Numbered from the stretch's first letter, positions 14,155-29,798 are shown. The stretch: 64,000 nucleotides of DNA from Eledone cirrhosa (GCA_964016885.1 OZ024742.1:124682001-124746000), one strand, 5' to 3'. The notes: a model not told the origin generated them from the letters alone. Numbers and translations are program-made.

Positions 14155-14215
14155 ATTGTGCGCATTTCAAAAACAAACATCATCATGCAATAATATTTGT
14201 GTTTTCATCAGATAA
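14155..14215 (-). ncRNA. Hammerhead motif with long AT-rich stem II
   Basis: Minus strand reads CTGATGA-aaacacaaatattatt..atgatgatgtttgttttt-GAAA, followed by the palindrome TGCGCA. Confidence 0.55.
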
Positions 14216-14645
14216 AACAGGAGAACATGATATGAAGGCTAAAAAACACTTGTGGATAGTGCAGTTTTAAATCAACATATGAAAAGTGGTTTTAGATTGA
14301 TGTGTGATATTGGGAAAAATATTTCATTTAGAGAGGGGGGGGGGTGGAAAGGATGAAAAAGGGGAGGAGATGAGAGGGAGAGATGGGTGATAGAGAGAAA
14401 GAGATAGTTTTTATAACTGAGAGGAGATATATTGTTTTACATAGAGAGGTTGAAAACCGTTGGAAGATAATGTATAAATTAAAAAAAATTTGAAAATTAA
14501 CGAAGGGAGGATATGTGCGAGGAAAAAATATTTTATTTAGGGAGGGGGGTGGACAGGATGAAAAAAGGGGGAGGAGATGAGAGTGTATATATATATACAA
14601 TCATATTAAATAAATGGAAACTATATGTATAAAACCATATTTAAA

Positions 14646-14702
14646 TTATTATATATATTTCAAGGGTAACTAAGACAACATTGGTACGCTTTCATCAGAT
14701 AA
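14646..14702 (-). ncRNA. Degenerate hammerhead motif
   Basis: Minus strand reads tat-CTGATGA-aagcgtaccaa...ttagttaccctt-GAAA-tatata-TA-ata. Confidence 0.5.
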
Positions 14703-15779
14703 CATACAAAGTTTGTTTTATAAATAGAGACATACCTATCGGTTGGAAATTCACTGGATAGTGGAAATATATTAGGGATTATTCAAACATATGTGTGAAT
14801 ATGCAAATGGATATGTAAATAATTGAAAAACAACCGTTTATTTAAATGACACTGGAGAAAGAGAGAGAAAAAATATAAGGGGATAAAGATAAAAACATAT
14901 TACGACGGAGATAGAGAGAAGAAATAGACAAGAGAAGATGAATAACATCTCATATAACGTTAATTTTGGGGAAATATATTCTAAATATATATATAATAGT
15001 ACGTGTATTTACGATTATTGTTTAAAATTCGTTTCTAATATATTTTCTGTTATAAGTAGATAGATAAATAAATAAATAAATGAATAAATATATACAAATA
15101 AATATATATAAATAAATAAATAAATAGATAAATAGATAAATAAATGAATAGATGGGTATATCGTTTTATAGATAATTGTTTTAATGAGTTATGAGGGATA
15201 TTGGTTTTGTATTTAATGTAAGTAAATATTAAGTTAAATTAAATTAAATTAACTGAGTTAATAAGAATATTTATATTTATATATTTTAAAATGGGAAGAT
15301 ACGGACAAACTCCAGTTTTGTTTATTTATTCGTTAGTATGAGACTATTTTGTCAAAATAAGTATAAATGTTGAAAGATATATTTAGCCATAATTAGTTAG
15401 TGGTTATGAATCTAATAAAAGATATTGAAAAAATATTAAACAATTGAGAACATTTTTGTTTTTATAATTTATAAGGGATAAGTAATTTTTAAAAAATAAG
15501 TAATTTTTAAAAAGAAATAAAAAAGAGATAAAAAATTAAAGAAATAAAAAATAAAAAATTATTAAGATTAAAATTACAATTAAGATTAAAATAAATTATT
15601 TTTAAATTAGAATTATATATGTATATATTTTATGAAACTTTAAGAAGTGAAATTATAGCAAATGTTATAGATATGATTTAGAGAAATCAATATATTAAAA
15701 CCAAGTTGATAATATTGTTATGGAAATAAGTAGAAATATTATAAGTGTAATTATAATTTATATATAGTTCTAAATGTTG

Positions 15780-16307
15780 AATTCAGGCGATGTCTACAAC
15801 AATTAAATAAATTCGTTCTCAGATTTAAGTATGAAAAAGGATTTCCTCAACACACAATTTGCAGAATCTAGATAAAGCTGTGTTACGATACGCGGGTGCT
15901 TTCCGTAATTATTTCCCAAGTTAATGAATAGTCCATATTTTTGCATTTTAAGTTCCATATCAGGTTTGAAAGAGAAGTTGAAGAATGTTTATCAAATCTT
16001 CGGAAAGAGCATTTGTGATTATTCCAGCGACTTTTAAATTTTGTAGAAGTTGCACCTACATAGTTAAATATATTACAATGGTTTTGACTGCACATTTATG
16101 GACCATGTGCTTATCTAAACACTTATTTTGTAAAGGACAGTTTGATTTAATTCTACAGTTACATTTTGCGGAGTTCTTGTTATTCAGAACGGTACTATTA
16201 TTTTGGATATTGCTAGAGATATTACTGCTATTTTGGTTATTTTGGTTAGGGTTTAAAGTTCTATTATTGATTCTATTTATGTTTTGTGCTATGTTCATAG
16301 TAGTAGA

Positions 16308-16308
<1 letters not shown>
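15780..16308 (-). mobile_element. 5'-truncated Hydra-like PLE fragment (GIY-YIG only), with a long AT-rich 3' region running to about 14030
   Basis: YSTTMNIAQNI; CNCRIKSNCPLQNKC; YVGATSTKFKSRWNNHKCSF; CKLC. Begins at (TA)n. Confidence 0.85.
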
Positions 16309-16355
<47 letters not shown>

Positions 16356-17039
16356 GTGTGTGTGTGTATGTGTGTGTATGTGAGTGTGTGTGTGTCTATG
16401 TCTGTGTGTGTGTGTTTGTGTGTGTGAATGTGTGTGTGTGAATATATATATATATATATATATATTCACATACATGTATATATAAAGGATAGAGACGGTA
16501 CCATATTAAACATCAGTATAATCCTTTTATAACAACCCGTTATGCACATTTCAAAGGCATCAAAATGTCTATATTCAACAGATAGTGAATGCGATGTCGC
16601 CAAGCAGGAATTGTACATAAATGAAAGGAAAAAGAGAAGAAGAGAGAGGATAAATAAGAAAAAGACAGCAGGACTTGAGTAAAGATGACACTCAAGAATT
16701 TATTCTTTTGAGGAAATATCCAAGGGATGTGGAGTGTACAGAGCAGTGATGGATAGATAATTCAGTGTATTTATTCACCACCGTACTATGTGATGTAGCA
16801 ATTGTGTCGATTACTACTTGATGGAATGGGAGCAGTCGAATGGTATAAGCTATGCATCGTAAGCAAACTAATGTGTTTTAGTAAGGTTTTAGCTAGTTTG
16901 TGTCTACTTGTGTTAAAAATATCGTATCGTTTATTTATCATGTGGAGCCTATCTAGTTTTATTTACAAACTGTTAGTGGCACAGAAACCACGCCTAACCG
17001 TAGATGATCCAGCTTCATATGAGTGTGTCGGTTAGAGCA

Positions 17040-17310
17040 TTGACCACGACAAAGATTTTTGTATTCTATCTTGCTTAAGCCTGCATATAATCTCAACTCT
17101 ACGGCACTCTACTTCTCTGCTTGTCTATTATTTTAAACGAGTGACGATGGTTGTAACACCTGCTGTTAAAACTGGTCGTTGTCGAAACTATTTGCGTATT
17201 TTCTCTTTGGCTAGTAGTAAAGTTGCACTCATATATTTTCGTTTTACGGAAGCACTGATTCTTAAAAGAGCAGTATGCTGGACTTCTGCAGCTACAGTCA
17301 GTATTATGTA
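17040..17310 (-). mobile_element. Decayed Hydra-like PLE GIY-YIG fragment
   Basis: CSCRSPAYCSFKNQC...IYEC...TTTSFNSRCYNHRHSF. Confidence 0.65.
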
Positions 17311-18280
17311 TACTAGCAGAAAAACCGCCCTTCTGATGGTTTTCTGCTAGCATGTGTACTGTGCATATTGATATTATACGCAAGTTTATATGCATGTAGA
17401 TATGATACATCAAATAAAATCGTATTTGACAATATACACAGAAACTGAACGAAGACTGCGTCTTATTTAATGAGTAACGTAATCCATGATACATTAAAAA
17501 AGGCGATATTATATATAAACTGCATTAGGAGAAAATTAGTGACGGAAATATATGAATGTTTATTTAAGCGATCGCTAACTGGAAGTGTAGGCATTTGAAC
17601 ATTTTAAAGAAGTGAATCTTAAAATAAGCAACATAATTATTTATATTTAATCAAGAATAACGAAATTTAGTAGACGAATTATGTAAAATCATTCATTAAT
17701 TATTCAAAGTAATCCAACTTATTTTACAAACGGGATAAAAAAAATATATTCTGGACGCAATCCCGCACTCCTTACTTTATTATAGTCTAGATATGTCATA
17801 GTATGTATGTATTGTAAAAATAAGTCAATGATAATACTACTTACCTTATACTTTATATTTTTATTCTTCACTCGAAGGCATTGTTTACCGTTATTATTCA
17901 TGATAGGTTAACGAGGGATAGTGAGTAATTAATAAAATTATCTAGAATGGATTGTTTTTTCACGTCAACGAAACATGCGTAGATTAACAAAAAAATCAAA
18001 TCCTTAAAAACACTAGATTTCCTTGAAATACATCTTATTGCTCAGTGATGCCGCTTATATTTTTAATCTTTCTAGTCATTCCTCCTAGACCTTAACTTGG
18101 ATTTATTTGATCTGCATAATTAATGCAAATAACAACAGATCGACCTTCCCAGCATCGGGATTAATCATCAAAAGCAAGAGGATATTTCCCTTTATAAATA
18201 TTCATACACGTAGATGCATACACACACACGCACGCACACAGATATATACACACACACACACACATACACACACACATATA

Positions 18281-18370
<90 letters not shown>

Positions 18371-19060
18371 TAATTACAAGAATGTAGGGTAGTTGACTTT
18401 GTCAAATGTATTATATATATACATATATATATATATATGTGTGTGTGTGTTTGTTATTTACTCTTCCTCATACACGAACCACAAGAACTATCTAAGGATT
18501 CAAGGCACAATTTTGACCATTGTGCCAGATTGTAAGACATTTCAAAGTTGTGCCCTTCAGGCGCTTCGACGAGCTTGAAGATAACTTTAAACTCATAGCA
18601 TTTTTATGAGAACATGGTTTAACAAAATGAAATAACTCAAAGCTGTAAATTCGAATGGGCAAACTACGTGAAAGCTATATTCATAAAGGTATCACCAATC
18701 TCATCCAAACGCCTACTTTACGTTGGGAAGAAGGTATTAGCCACAAAACATCATGTTGAAATGTACTGGGTAAAATGTTAATTTGCTTAGTTTTATTCGT
18801 CATCCTTTGCCTTTTGTATACATCTAACGCATTGTACCAGTTTTTTTAATATTATCTGTCTTTTATTATATATGTATATATATTATATTAAACACTTAGT
18901 ATAGAATGTCTTAGGGTTCAGAGAACTAGTCCCTGTGAAGAGTTATGTAATTTTAGACCATGAAAATGGGGCAGACTAAATGGGTTGGTATTATGTCCAA
19001 CGAAACTCAAGTATCTGCAAAATGACACTGCCTTGAAATGATTATATATATATATATAGG

Positions 19061-19166
19061 AACAAGTATGACCCCGAGGGCAGAGCTCAAGCCGTTTCGA
19101 CGGCTAATTCTGGACAGAATTAGCCGTCGAAACGGCTTGAACTCTGCCTTCGGGGTCATACTTGTT
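19061..19166. repeat. 106-bp near-perfect palindrome with internal hairpins
   Basis: 52-bp arms, 2-nt loop, 2 non-Watson-Crick positions. A single-arm copy lies at about 146-200. Confidence 0.95.
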
Positions 19167-19247
19167 ACTATTACCCACTCTACTACCCTAACTATTGAGT
19201 AATTTGGTGCATTATGGACCATCTGGTTCCTTGCCACATTTCCTTCG

Positions 19248-19287
<40 letters not shown>

Positions 19288-19787
19288 TTACCTTACTAAC
19301 AAACACACATGCACACAAATTCGTACTTACAAACACACTCACACACGCGCACTCTACTAAACTTACATCACTTTAGCTTCGGTCAGACGAATAACAAACA
19401 AACACACATGCACACACACACGTGCACACATATGCACAAACGTACAGGCTCCATATATAAAACGATCCTTTTTCCTTTTCAGCTAGCGGCTTTCGAACAC
19501 CACCTTTTAACACAAAATCATCATAACCAAGAGTGCCTGGACCTATAGTTTTCCAAGAGATGGGAACTAGAATGGCCCTGTATATTTTATCTTAAAGATT
19601 TGTCTACGTATCTGCTTCTGCACTGTCCCCTCTACCTTTTTATTTCTTCATTATTGAAACATTCTCTATTCTCATGAGGACAAGCGCCAGAAACATTAAG
19701 ACTTATTTCCTAATATCTAGCGTAAAACTAATAATTTTGTTTTACATTTTATTGTGTCGTTTGCTTTGTTATTTCTATTTCGTTACC

Positions 19788-20244
<457 letters not shown>

Positions 20245-20525
20245 CACACAGAGAGAGAAATAGATAGGTAGATAGATAGAACACAATATGAGAGAACAAA
20301 ACACGAAATATGTGTTTTGAATTGCAGCGGGTAGAGGGCCACTAGAGTAAAAAACATAAAATCTACGAAAGGTATGAAAAATACATTATAATTAAAGAGA
20401 TAAATTAAAATGCATAAACCCACCTTTATAACTATAATACACCTTGAAGTCCGTTGTTTCATTTGATATATCTAGATAGATATATAGCTATATAGTTATA
20501 TATGTGTGGGAGATGTGCTTGTGTG

Positions 20526-20566
<41 letters not shown>

Positions 20567-21008
20567 TCGTGTGTGTGTGTGTGTGTGTGTGTACGTGTGT
20601 GTGTGTGTATTTTGTCTAAGAAAAACGCAATACATCTATTTTATCCGATAATTATGCAATTATGCTAAATATTCCATATTCTTTTTCTTTTATATAGCTA
20701 ATCGTACTTGTAGATATAAAGTTACAATTGTATATGCAAAAGAAAGTTTGTATATTATGCTATAGCCATAAACTGTTAAATGCGTTAAAATAGATAAGTA
20801 CTATCCAATTACGTCTTCAGTAAATTGAAAAATAAATCTTCTCATATATTTTATCTTTTTACACTTTTGGTGTTTATGTTAAATCGAATTTTGGGTTAGC
20901 GGTGATATCTTCTAAAAACTAAAACAAACTAATGCCTTTCTCATTACTTTTATACAAAGCTTCATCGATTTATTGCACATGAATGTAAGGTTACAAAAGA
21001 ATCATAAC

Positions 21009-21074
<66 letters not shown>

Positions 21075-21409
21075 ATACATGCACACATATATATATGTGT
21101 ATACATGCACACATATGTACGTATGGATTCACCGGAGATTTGTGTGCATGTATGTATATATATATATATATATACATACCACTGTACGTCTGTATACATA
21201 TATGTATATACGTATACATACTTATATTTAAGTAACAGCCGTACTAAGAGTGTGAAATGAAATTTCGTTTCATTCTATTCTATTTATCGTTTTCGGTGTG
21301 CCTGGCCGACTGAACTCACTCGATGTGCAAATTAGGCTGCTCAGCCGTTAATATGCATAAGGAAATGATATTCTTTCAGACGTTCAACCATCTGGCAGGA
21401 AGGTATACC

Positions 21410-21447
21410 TTGCTGACGATAGCTAATAAGTTTGAAACTAGTACAGC
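21410..21447 (+). ncRNA. Minimal hammerhead motif
   Basis: tg-CTGACGA-tAGCT-aata-AGTTt-GAAA-ctag-TA-ca. Upstream sequence resembles that before the 41653 motif. Confidence 0.6.
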
Positions 21448-21603
21448 GTTCCTTTGTCAGTGTTGAACAAATGAGCAACGATGGTTGCTAGACACTGTAC
21501 GGCTTAATTTGGGATGTTTGTTTACAAACACACCTAGCATTATAATAAATGTTCGGTGAATCCATACGTACATATATATACCTACTACTGGTGGTGGCTA
21601 TAC

Positions 21604-21650
<47 letters not shown>

Positions 21651-21749
21651 ATATTGTACGTCTGTATACATATATGTATGTATGTATACAAACTTATATT
21701 TAAGTAACAGCCGTACTAAGAGTGAGAAATGAAATTTCGTTTCATTTTT

Positions 21750-21895
21750 CCAGTACATTACTGGTACTTTATGTTATCGACCCCAAAAGGATGAAAGGCA
21801 AAGTTAATCTCGGCGGGATTTGAACTCAGTCCGTAAAGGGACGTAACTATGCTGGAAATCATGGCATCTGACTCTCTACCGATACTGGATGGTAC
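21750..21895 (-). mobile_element. SINE copy
   Basis: Core GGTACTTT..ATCGACCCC..GGATGAAAGGCAAAG and reverse B-box GGGATTTGAACTC. Confidence 0.85.
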
Positions 21896-22173
21896 CAACT
21901 CATAGTATTATAATAATATCAAATTAAATCAAATTATTCAGAACTACAAGTCAAATATATATATATACTGCTATCGAAGGCATGTTGGATGAAAACCTTC
22001 CGGGTTGACATCCACCTTACTCTCTATAATTTGGCTCATGTCGGCGCTTTAACTGTATTCACCATCCTTGGTGAAGTTTGTGTTGGTTAAGCTATTTATC
22101 CCAAAATTTGGGTTGATAGCCGTTGCTGCTGGGGTTCCCTTTATCATTTTTACCGGACCAGGTTTTTATGTAT

Positions 22174-22233
<60 letters not shown>

Positions 22234-22283
22234 AAATAAATAACTCAAATATTTAAAATTTCATCTTCGTTTATTGAAGGTGA

Positions 22284-22338
22284 ACTGCTATATATATTTA
22301 TGTGACAGCCATCTTTGGCTGTGACCTCTTCAGGCAGT
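22284..22338 (-). ncRNA. Type I hammerhead motif (GAAA mutated to TAAA)
   Basis: Minus strand reads ACTGC-CTGAAGA-gGTCACAGCCA-aaga-TGGCTGTCACa-tAAA-tatata-TA-GCAGT; stem I is perfect. Confidence 0.65.
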
Positions 22339-22772
22339 CCGAATTGGTGTGATAGAGACAGGTATACATGTTGTTGAGGTGCTTAACTCCGTCCATACTC
22401 CGATATGCCCAGTTCTTGGTTGGGTTGTTATTTCTCTGAGGAACTGGAATCATATGAATTCGAACAAACGAATTTGTTGTGAGAACATTCCTCAGTCAAA
22501 AGTCTTGAGAAATTTTTTCTGAGGCAAGGCAATCTGTTGTGGTTGTTTTTGTTAAGTACAGCTGACCTCCTCCCTTACGTTGATAGTGGTGTTGGTGTTG
22601 GGGTCAGCTTTAGTTCGGCTGCTGCTAATTTTAGAAGAATTTGTGTGTGTGTGTTGGTATCTATGCTGCCAACATTTCTCGGGGTGGTGGTGGTGGCGGG
22701 TGTGCCAAGCAGATGAAGAAATAAGATAAAGTGAAATGAAGAAATAAAAGAATATAAGGCAATAAAATGGAG

Positions 22773-22866
<94 letters not shown>

Positions 22867-23570
22867 TATATCAACTAGAAATTGATTGACATATATATAG
22901 ATATCTAAAATAAACATATGAAACAATCACAGGGAATAATTTATAAAAGTGTGTAATCACACATAGCCAGGTAGGTAATCAATTAATGTTTAACTAGAAC
23001 TTTAAAAATAGATACTTTATAAATTGACTAATCTTCTTTGTATATATTTCATTAAGGAAATATGTTTCACCATTAATCGATCGGTAAACCACAGTCGCCA
23101 AATATTGGATTTTAAAGAAGGGAGAAGATCTAAATATCTGGGTTTACACAGCAAATTCAAATCTGCGAATGACTAGTAGCACGTGTTGCATTTTTTTTAA
23201 ATACGCACATCGTACCAGCTTCATCCCAGTGGCGTAAATAGCGTTATCGACAACTAGAAATAGTAGCCGAGTCCTTTCAACTGAGTTAGCTCAACAATTA
23301 AGGGGCCGTTATATATCCAAAATTAAATTAAGGGTGTCATGTCAGAGAGACATGCGCCATATCAACTGTAGGTTCCAATGGATAGATCCGAGCATTTTAT
23401 ATCAACTAGAAATTGATTGACATATATATACCTATGCTCTTGATATATTCGGCTCCGTTAACGCGTAGAGCTAATTCAATTGTCGTGTAGACCCTGCTGC
23501 CATTTTTAGAGACGCGCTAAGTTCGGAAACCAGTTCTTTATTTTATTTAGAAGTGATCAGGATTCTTCAC

Positions 23571-23632
23571 GCGCTGATGAGCTAAGAATTTGATATTTCT
23601 CTTCACAATTAATATTGCGAAACGGTTACATC
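23571..23632 (+). ncRNA. Possible degenerate hammerhead motif
   Basis: CTGATGA-GC...GC-GAAA-cgg; stem II is poorly paired. Confidence 0.35.
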
Positions 23633-23814
23633 AAAAACCGTCCGGGTGATGGGTAGTTACCACAATACTGGTTTGTATTTATTTTTCTTGATTTATTCTT
23701 AAATTGAGTCTAGTACACCCTATTGGCTGTAGTTAGTATTTGTTTCACCTTAGCGTTTCTGGTCCATTACGATATGAACGCATACATGTATATGTATGTC
23801 TTCGTTTTCTTTTT

Positions 23815-23854
<40 letters not shown>

Positions 23855-23862
23855 TATATATA

Positions 23863-23896
<34 letters not shown>

Positions 23897-24527
23897 TACA
23901 CGTAAAATAAACAATAAACCAAGCAATCATCTAGACAGAATTCATAGCATTTTTATTAGTCTTATATGCGTCTGTATACAAATTAATTAAATATTAAAGT
24001 TAGGGATACTAAATTTTCTTTTTCATTTTTTTTTTTTAGATTCCAGTATATGTATTTATATCTTCATATTAAAACAAAAGAAAATAAAGAAAGATTTCGC
24101 TCCCCATACTCACTTCTTTAATTTTTTATAATTTGTTTCATGAAATACTTGAAAATTTATGAAGCAACATAAATATGAGGAGAGGTGACTCTCCTAACGA
24201 GGGAATATTCAGATTTTATAATATCATAATGATAACTGAAGATAATTCTCTTGCTAAACGAATCGTTAAAATTCTGGGGATTTTAGACTCATAAATAGAA
24301 GTTTAAATATCATCGAAATACTACAATTACACCATGAATAAATAGAGCCAAAGAAATTTAAAAAACAGATAGAATGAAGAAAAGAAACAGTATTGGTTAC
24401 ATTTTGGATTATAGAAGATATAGATTTGAGTGATCAAGAAAAGACAAAACGAAAGATATGTAAAACATGAAATTTTCCCAAATGAAGAGAATGGGGAACA
24501 GATATTAAAATCAACGTTAATAATTGA

Positions 24528-24956
24528 AAATTAGGTAGTAACATGTGCTTACGCCGTAGTTGACCAAATATAATTAGTCTGTTAGTTGGTATTCTAAACA
24601 AAATCTCTGAATGTAAAAAAAAAAGGATGAGTATTGACGTACATGGGACACGAACTCACATCTTTGGCAAACCAAATTTCAAATACGCTAACCGTTTGTA
24701 AAGAATGCCTGTTTTATGTCTCCCTATTTATATACATATATATAGCTGCTATGATTTTCTAGCTTCTAATTGAATCGCAGGAAGCATTTGTGGCGTGTTG
24801 AAGTAATGGTAAACATTAGTCCGGCAAACCAAGGATGTGAGTTCCTGGCCCATGTACGTAATACTTTTTTTTCCATTCAGAGGTTTTTTTTTTTAATCCC
24901 AACTAACAGACTAATTCAATTCAGTCAAGTACAGCGTAAGCACACGTTACTACCTA

Positions 24957-24960
<4 letters not shown>
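24528..24960. repeat. Inverted pair of about 170-bp tRNA-like small elements
   Basis: 24528-24700 is the reverse complement of about 24790-24960 (shared GATGTGAGTTC..CCCATGTACGT, CCAACTAACAGACTAATT and GTTACTACCTAATTT). Confidence 0.8.
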
Positions 24961-26264
<1,304 letters not shown>

Positions 26265-26368
26265 ATAATAATGGTAATAATAGTAATAATAATAAATTTA
26301 AAGACTAAAATCCAAAGAGGGCTCGATAAGGATAAATATATATCAAATATTTAAGAACCATAGAGCAA

Positions 26369-27945
26369 ATATTTATTAAAATAACAGATTAAAGTTTAAG
26401 CAAAGAATCGCTGCTTTCACCCTTAACGGGATCTTCTGAAACTAACAAAGTCAATCTGTGAACGCAGAAGTGGATATTTCAAAAAACGTTGCAACCGGAG
26501 GAAGACAAGAAGACGATACTTTGGTTCGTGGAAACGTTCCCTGGCAAAGAACGGGAAAAAACGAATATAATACGTCATTAATAGCGGCGGTGAAAAAGAA
26601 TTACACGCAAAGACAGAACCACGTTTATTGTATAAAAGAAGTCGTAGACAAATGTTCTCTTAGGTGGTTCATAGAGACGTTCTCTGGCAATGAACGACAA
26701 AAACGAAGATAATACGTTACATGTGGAGCGTTGAGCACAATTGCACGCAAAGTCAAAACCACGTAAATAGTATAGCTGTAGTCGTAGACTAAGATTCTAA
26801 CTAGGAAACCGAATGAATCTCCGCTTCAGAGTTAAGAACAAAGTAAAGAAATACAATACAGAGGTAATTGAAATTAAATAAATACATACACGCCTACAAA
26901 TACGTACATACACAAGCATACGCGAAAACGCTTACCATAGGTATACAAAACCACGCACATATAAATATGTGTGTGTGTGTATCCGTGTATACAAATAAAT
27001 AAATAATTAAATAAACGTATATAAATAAATAAATACGTATATAACAAGATGAAGAACACATATACACACACTCTACATGCGTACGAACCTGCATACTCAC
27101 ACAGACGCAAAACTCCCATACACATAACCAAACTATATGTACCAGAATATATAAAATGATACGCCATAACATATACAATCAAATATACGTACAAGAAGTT
27201 ATACCTACCTTCACAAAACATACAGGTAATATATACTTACCTATGCAAATAAGTAATGGTATAAACTAAACATATACGTAGCTACCACATCAAGACGTAA
27301 AATATCCACGTATAGATCGTACTATCCGTTAGGGTATAACGTGGGGCTGTAATACAGGAAAGTGTTGTGCAATTTATGTTTACAAGCCGAAATTGCCTCT
27401 GATTTTTTGTTTAAGATGTGGTCTGTGGCGTAGAGTATTTCCAGGGCCTCAGCGGCGCAGAGGTCACAAGGTCTCCACTCATGTGGAGAATATTTCACAG
27501 ATTCGTACAGTGCAATTTCATATTTCCGTTATACAATTTCATATTTCCGTTATGCGATCTAGCCCTAGCTAGGATCTCCCAGTGTAACTTATATTGGGTG
27601 TGGTTGTCTTTTAGACTCCAGATATAAGCTGAAAGTGATGTCATATTCCTTCTTAGAGGGTAACGAAAAGAATGGGTATGCATGTAAAGACGCTACTTGA
27701 ATCTATTGGCGGTAAACCCTATGTAGGCCCTACGGGACGTAGGTGTTTCAACCTTACATTTGTATATAATGTTACTAGAGAGGCATTTCCCGGAAAGGGG
27801 GCAATCAACCCGATTCCTACAATTACAGTTAGTACTAACTACAGAGTTGCACGTGTTCCTACGGCTAGGTAGTTTCAGAAGATCCCGTTAAGGGTGAAAG
27901 CATAGATTATTTGCTTAAACTTTAATCTGTTATTTTAATAAATAT
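26369..27945 (-). mobile_element. 5'-truncated Hydra-like PLE (GIY-YIG + about 1 kb 3' region) with an inverted terminal copy at 27871-27945
   Basis: Minus strand reads NCNCRNRVDCPLSGKCLSSNIIYKC...RAYIG. Homologous to 55156-56572. The terminal 75 bp are repeated in inverted orientation at the truncation point. Confidence 0.9.
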
Positions 27946-29049
27946 ATATATATCAGAGTAAACGACACATCGTTTCATGTTATCCTAGGAAAAGTTACGA
28001 ATATTCTGCACCGTGGAGGATTTTAACGTGTGGGGTTGGTTGACTCAACAAGATGTTTACTTAGTTGTGTTGTTGGAGGGCCGATTTCGGACATTCCCGA
28101 TGTTAATAGTTCCTGGAATATTAATACCAAATGAATGATGATTAACACGAGTAAGTGATACAATAGGGTTTTATTCCAAGCATTAACATATGTTTCTAGT
28201 ATGCAATCGATAATATCTTAAGATAGCTATCTACAATGTTATTGTGAATACTGCTTATACTAGGCAAATTATCAAAACACTGATTTTGCAATCAGCGATA
28301 CATTGGTTATTTACTAAATCATATCAAGATGATGATAAATAAAATAAATAAATTTAGGGGCTCATGTTTGGTGGGCAATTATCCTGTTGTAGGAAATGAT
28401 ATATGATACGTAAAAAATTCAAGATAAAATAAAATGAAAATAAAAGTGAAAACTAGAGAATGAGAAATACAAAGTATATTAAAAAATAGAATAAATGATA
28501 TTAGATGTGAAGAAAAGAAAGTTTAACATGTTGAGTGCATTCTTAGATTCTATGTAGGTGTGTCTTACATTGTCAGCTTCTCTTGCATGTAATTGGTTAA
28601 GAGTTCGTTCTTTGATGCTGTTAGTCTGGCTGGTTATTAATGGCATCATGAGGCAATGAGGGTGCATTTGATTGCTAAAGTACTTTGATTATTGATGGTG
28701 CTATTGAGATTATTGGTAGATAAATGGCTAAATTTGAGAGATAAGTTACGATAGATGTATAAACTAGCATCTTGCTATGGTAGTAAGTAAGATATTTTAA
28801 ACTATCTAGTGGCTCCTAGTTTTCAAATATTATAAGTCTGGGAAATTATAGTATTTCTATAAACAGGTAGGGTATTGGATCGAAAACCGCCTATTGTGGT
28901 TTGTAGTTTATGAATGTGTTGACGTATATGTGCCGACAATATATAGTGCGCTCTTTCTTGTTATTTAATAATTTGTTATTATATTTTAAAATATGAAGTA
29001 ATTCTATATACATAATTTGCATTGGGTCGTCCCGTGTGTGTAAGCTATG

Positions 29050-29630
29050 GAATAAGATAGTTTAGACCAAATTAATTGGCATTCGTTTGTTATCCACAAG
29101 CTGCCAAATTTTACTGGCCAGAATCGTTGTGCTTTTACGTTTACGTTTTTTAATCGTTTATTGAATTCTTTTTCTGTAGAACCTATGTATTACCATTCTT
29201 TGTACCCAATTTTAGGGTACATATATAGACTAAATTATATTCGAACCATTTGTTCTGTAGTGGGCAATTATCTGGTAGGTGGCAATTACAATTAATGGCT
29301 TTCCTGTGTACTGGTTCTACGTTACATCCTGATGCATGGCTTCAATGAGGCTCAGATGTCGGTTTGTTTACGTTGTGTTGGTGCTCTACAGAGCGTCGAG
29401 CGGCTATTTGCTATGTAGTTACAGTGTTGTGCTTGATATTAAATGTTATGCTGGTGGTATGTGAAGCAATTTTTTTAGAGATTATTCTGAAGTTGAGTTG
29501 TTTATGTATGTTTCTATATTTGTATGATATGTTGTGAAAGTTATGTGGCTTTTGGAAGTGTTTATCTAATAGATTAAAGAAAATAAAGGCTAGGTTGGTA
29601 TTCATTACATTATTGAGACCTGGCTTATAA
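29050..29630 (-). mobile_element. Decayed Hydra-like PLE fragment
   Basis: TNLAFIFFNLLDKHF; NCNCHLPDNCPLQNK; YIGSTEKEFNKR. Confidence 0.75.
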
Positions 29631-29754
29631 CATAAATATTGTTTGTTTTATTTTTCTGGAGTTTTTAGAGTTTCCAGAATTTCGTATGATCTTATTTTGA
29701 TCGGCTATTCAATATGTATGCTGTTTATTTCTAAGTATAGTCCTTTATCCGTAA

Positions 29755-29794
<40 letters not shown>

Positions 29795-29798
<4 letters not shown>

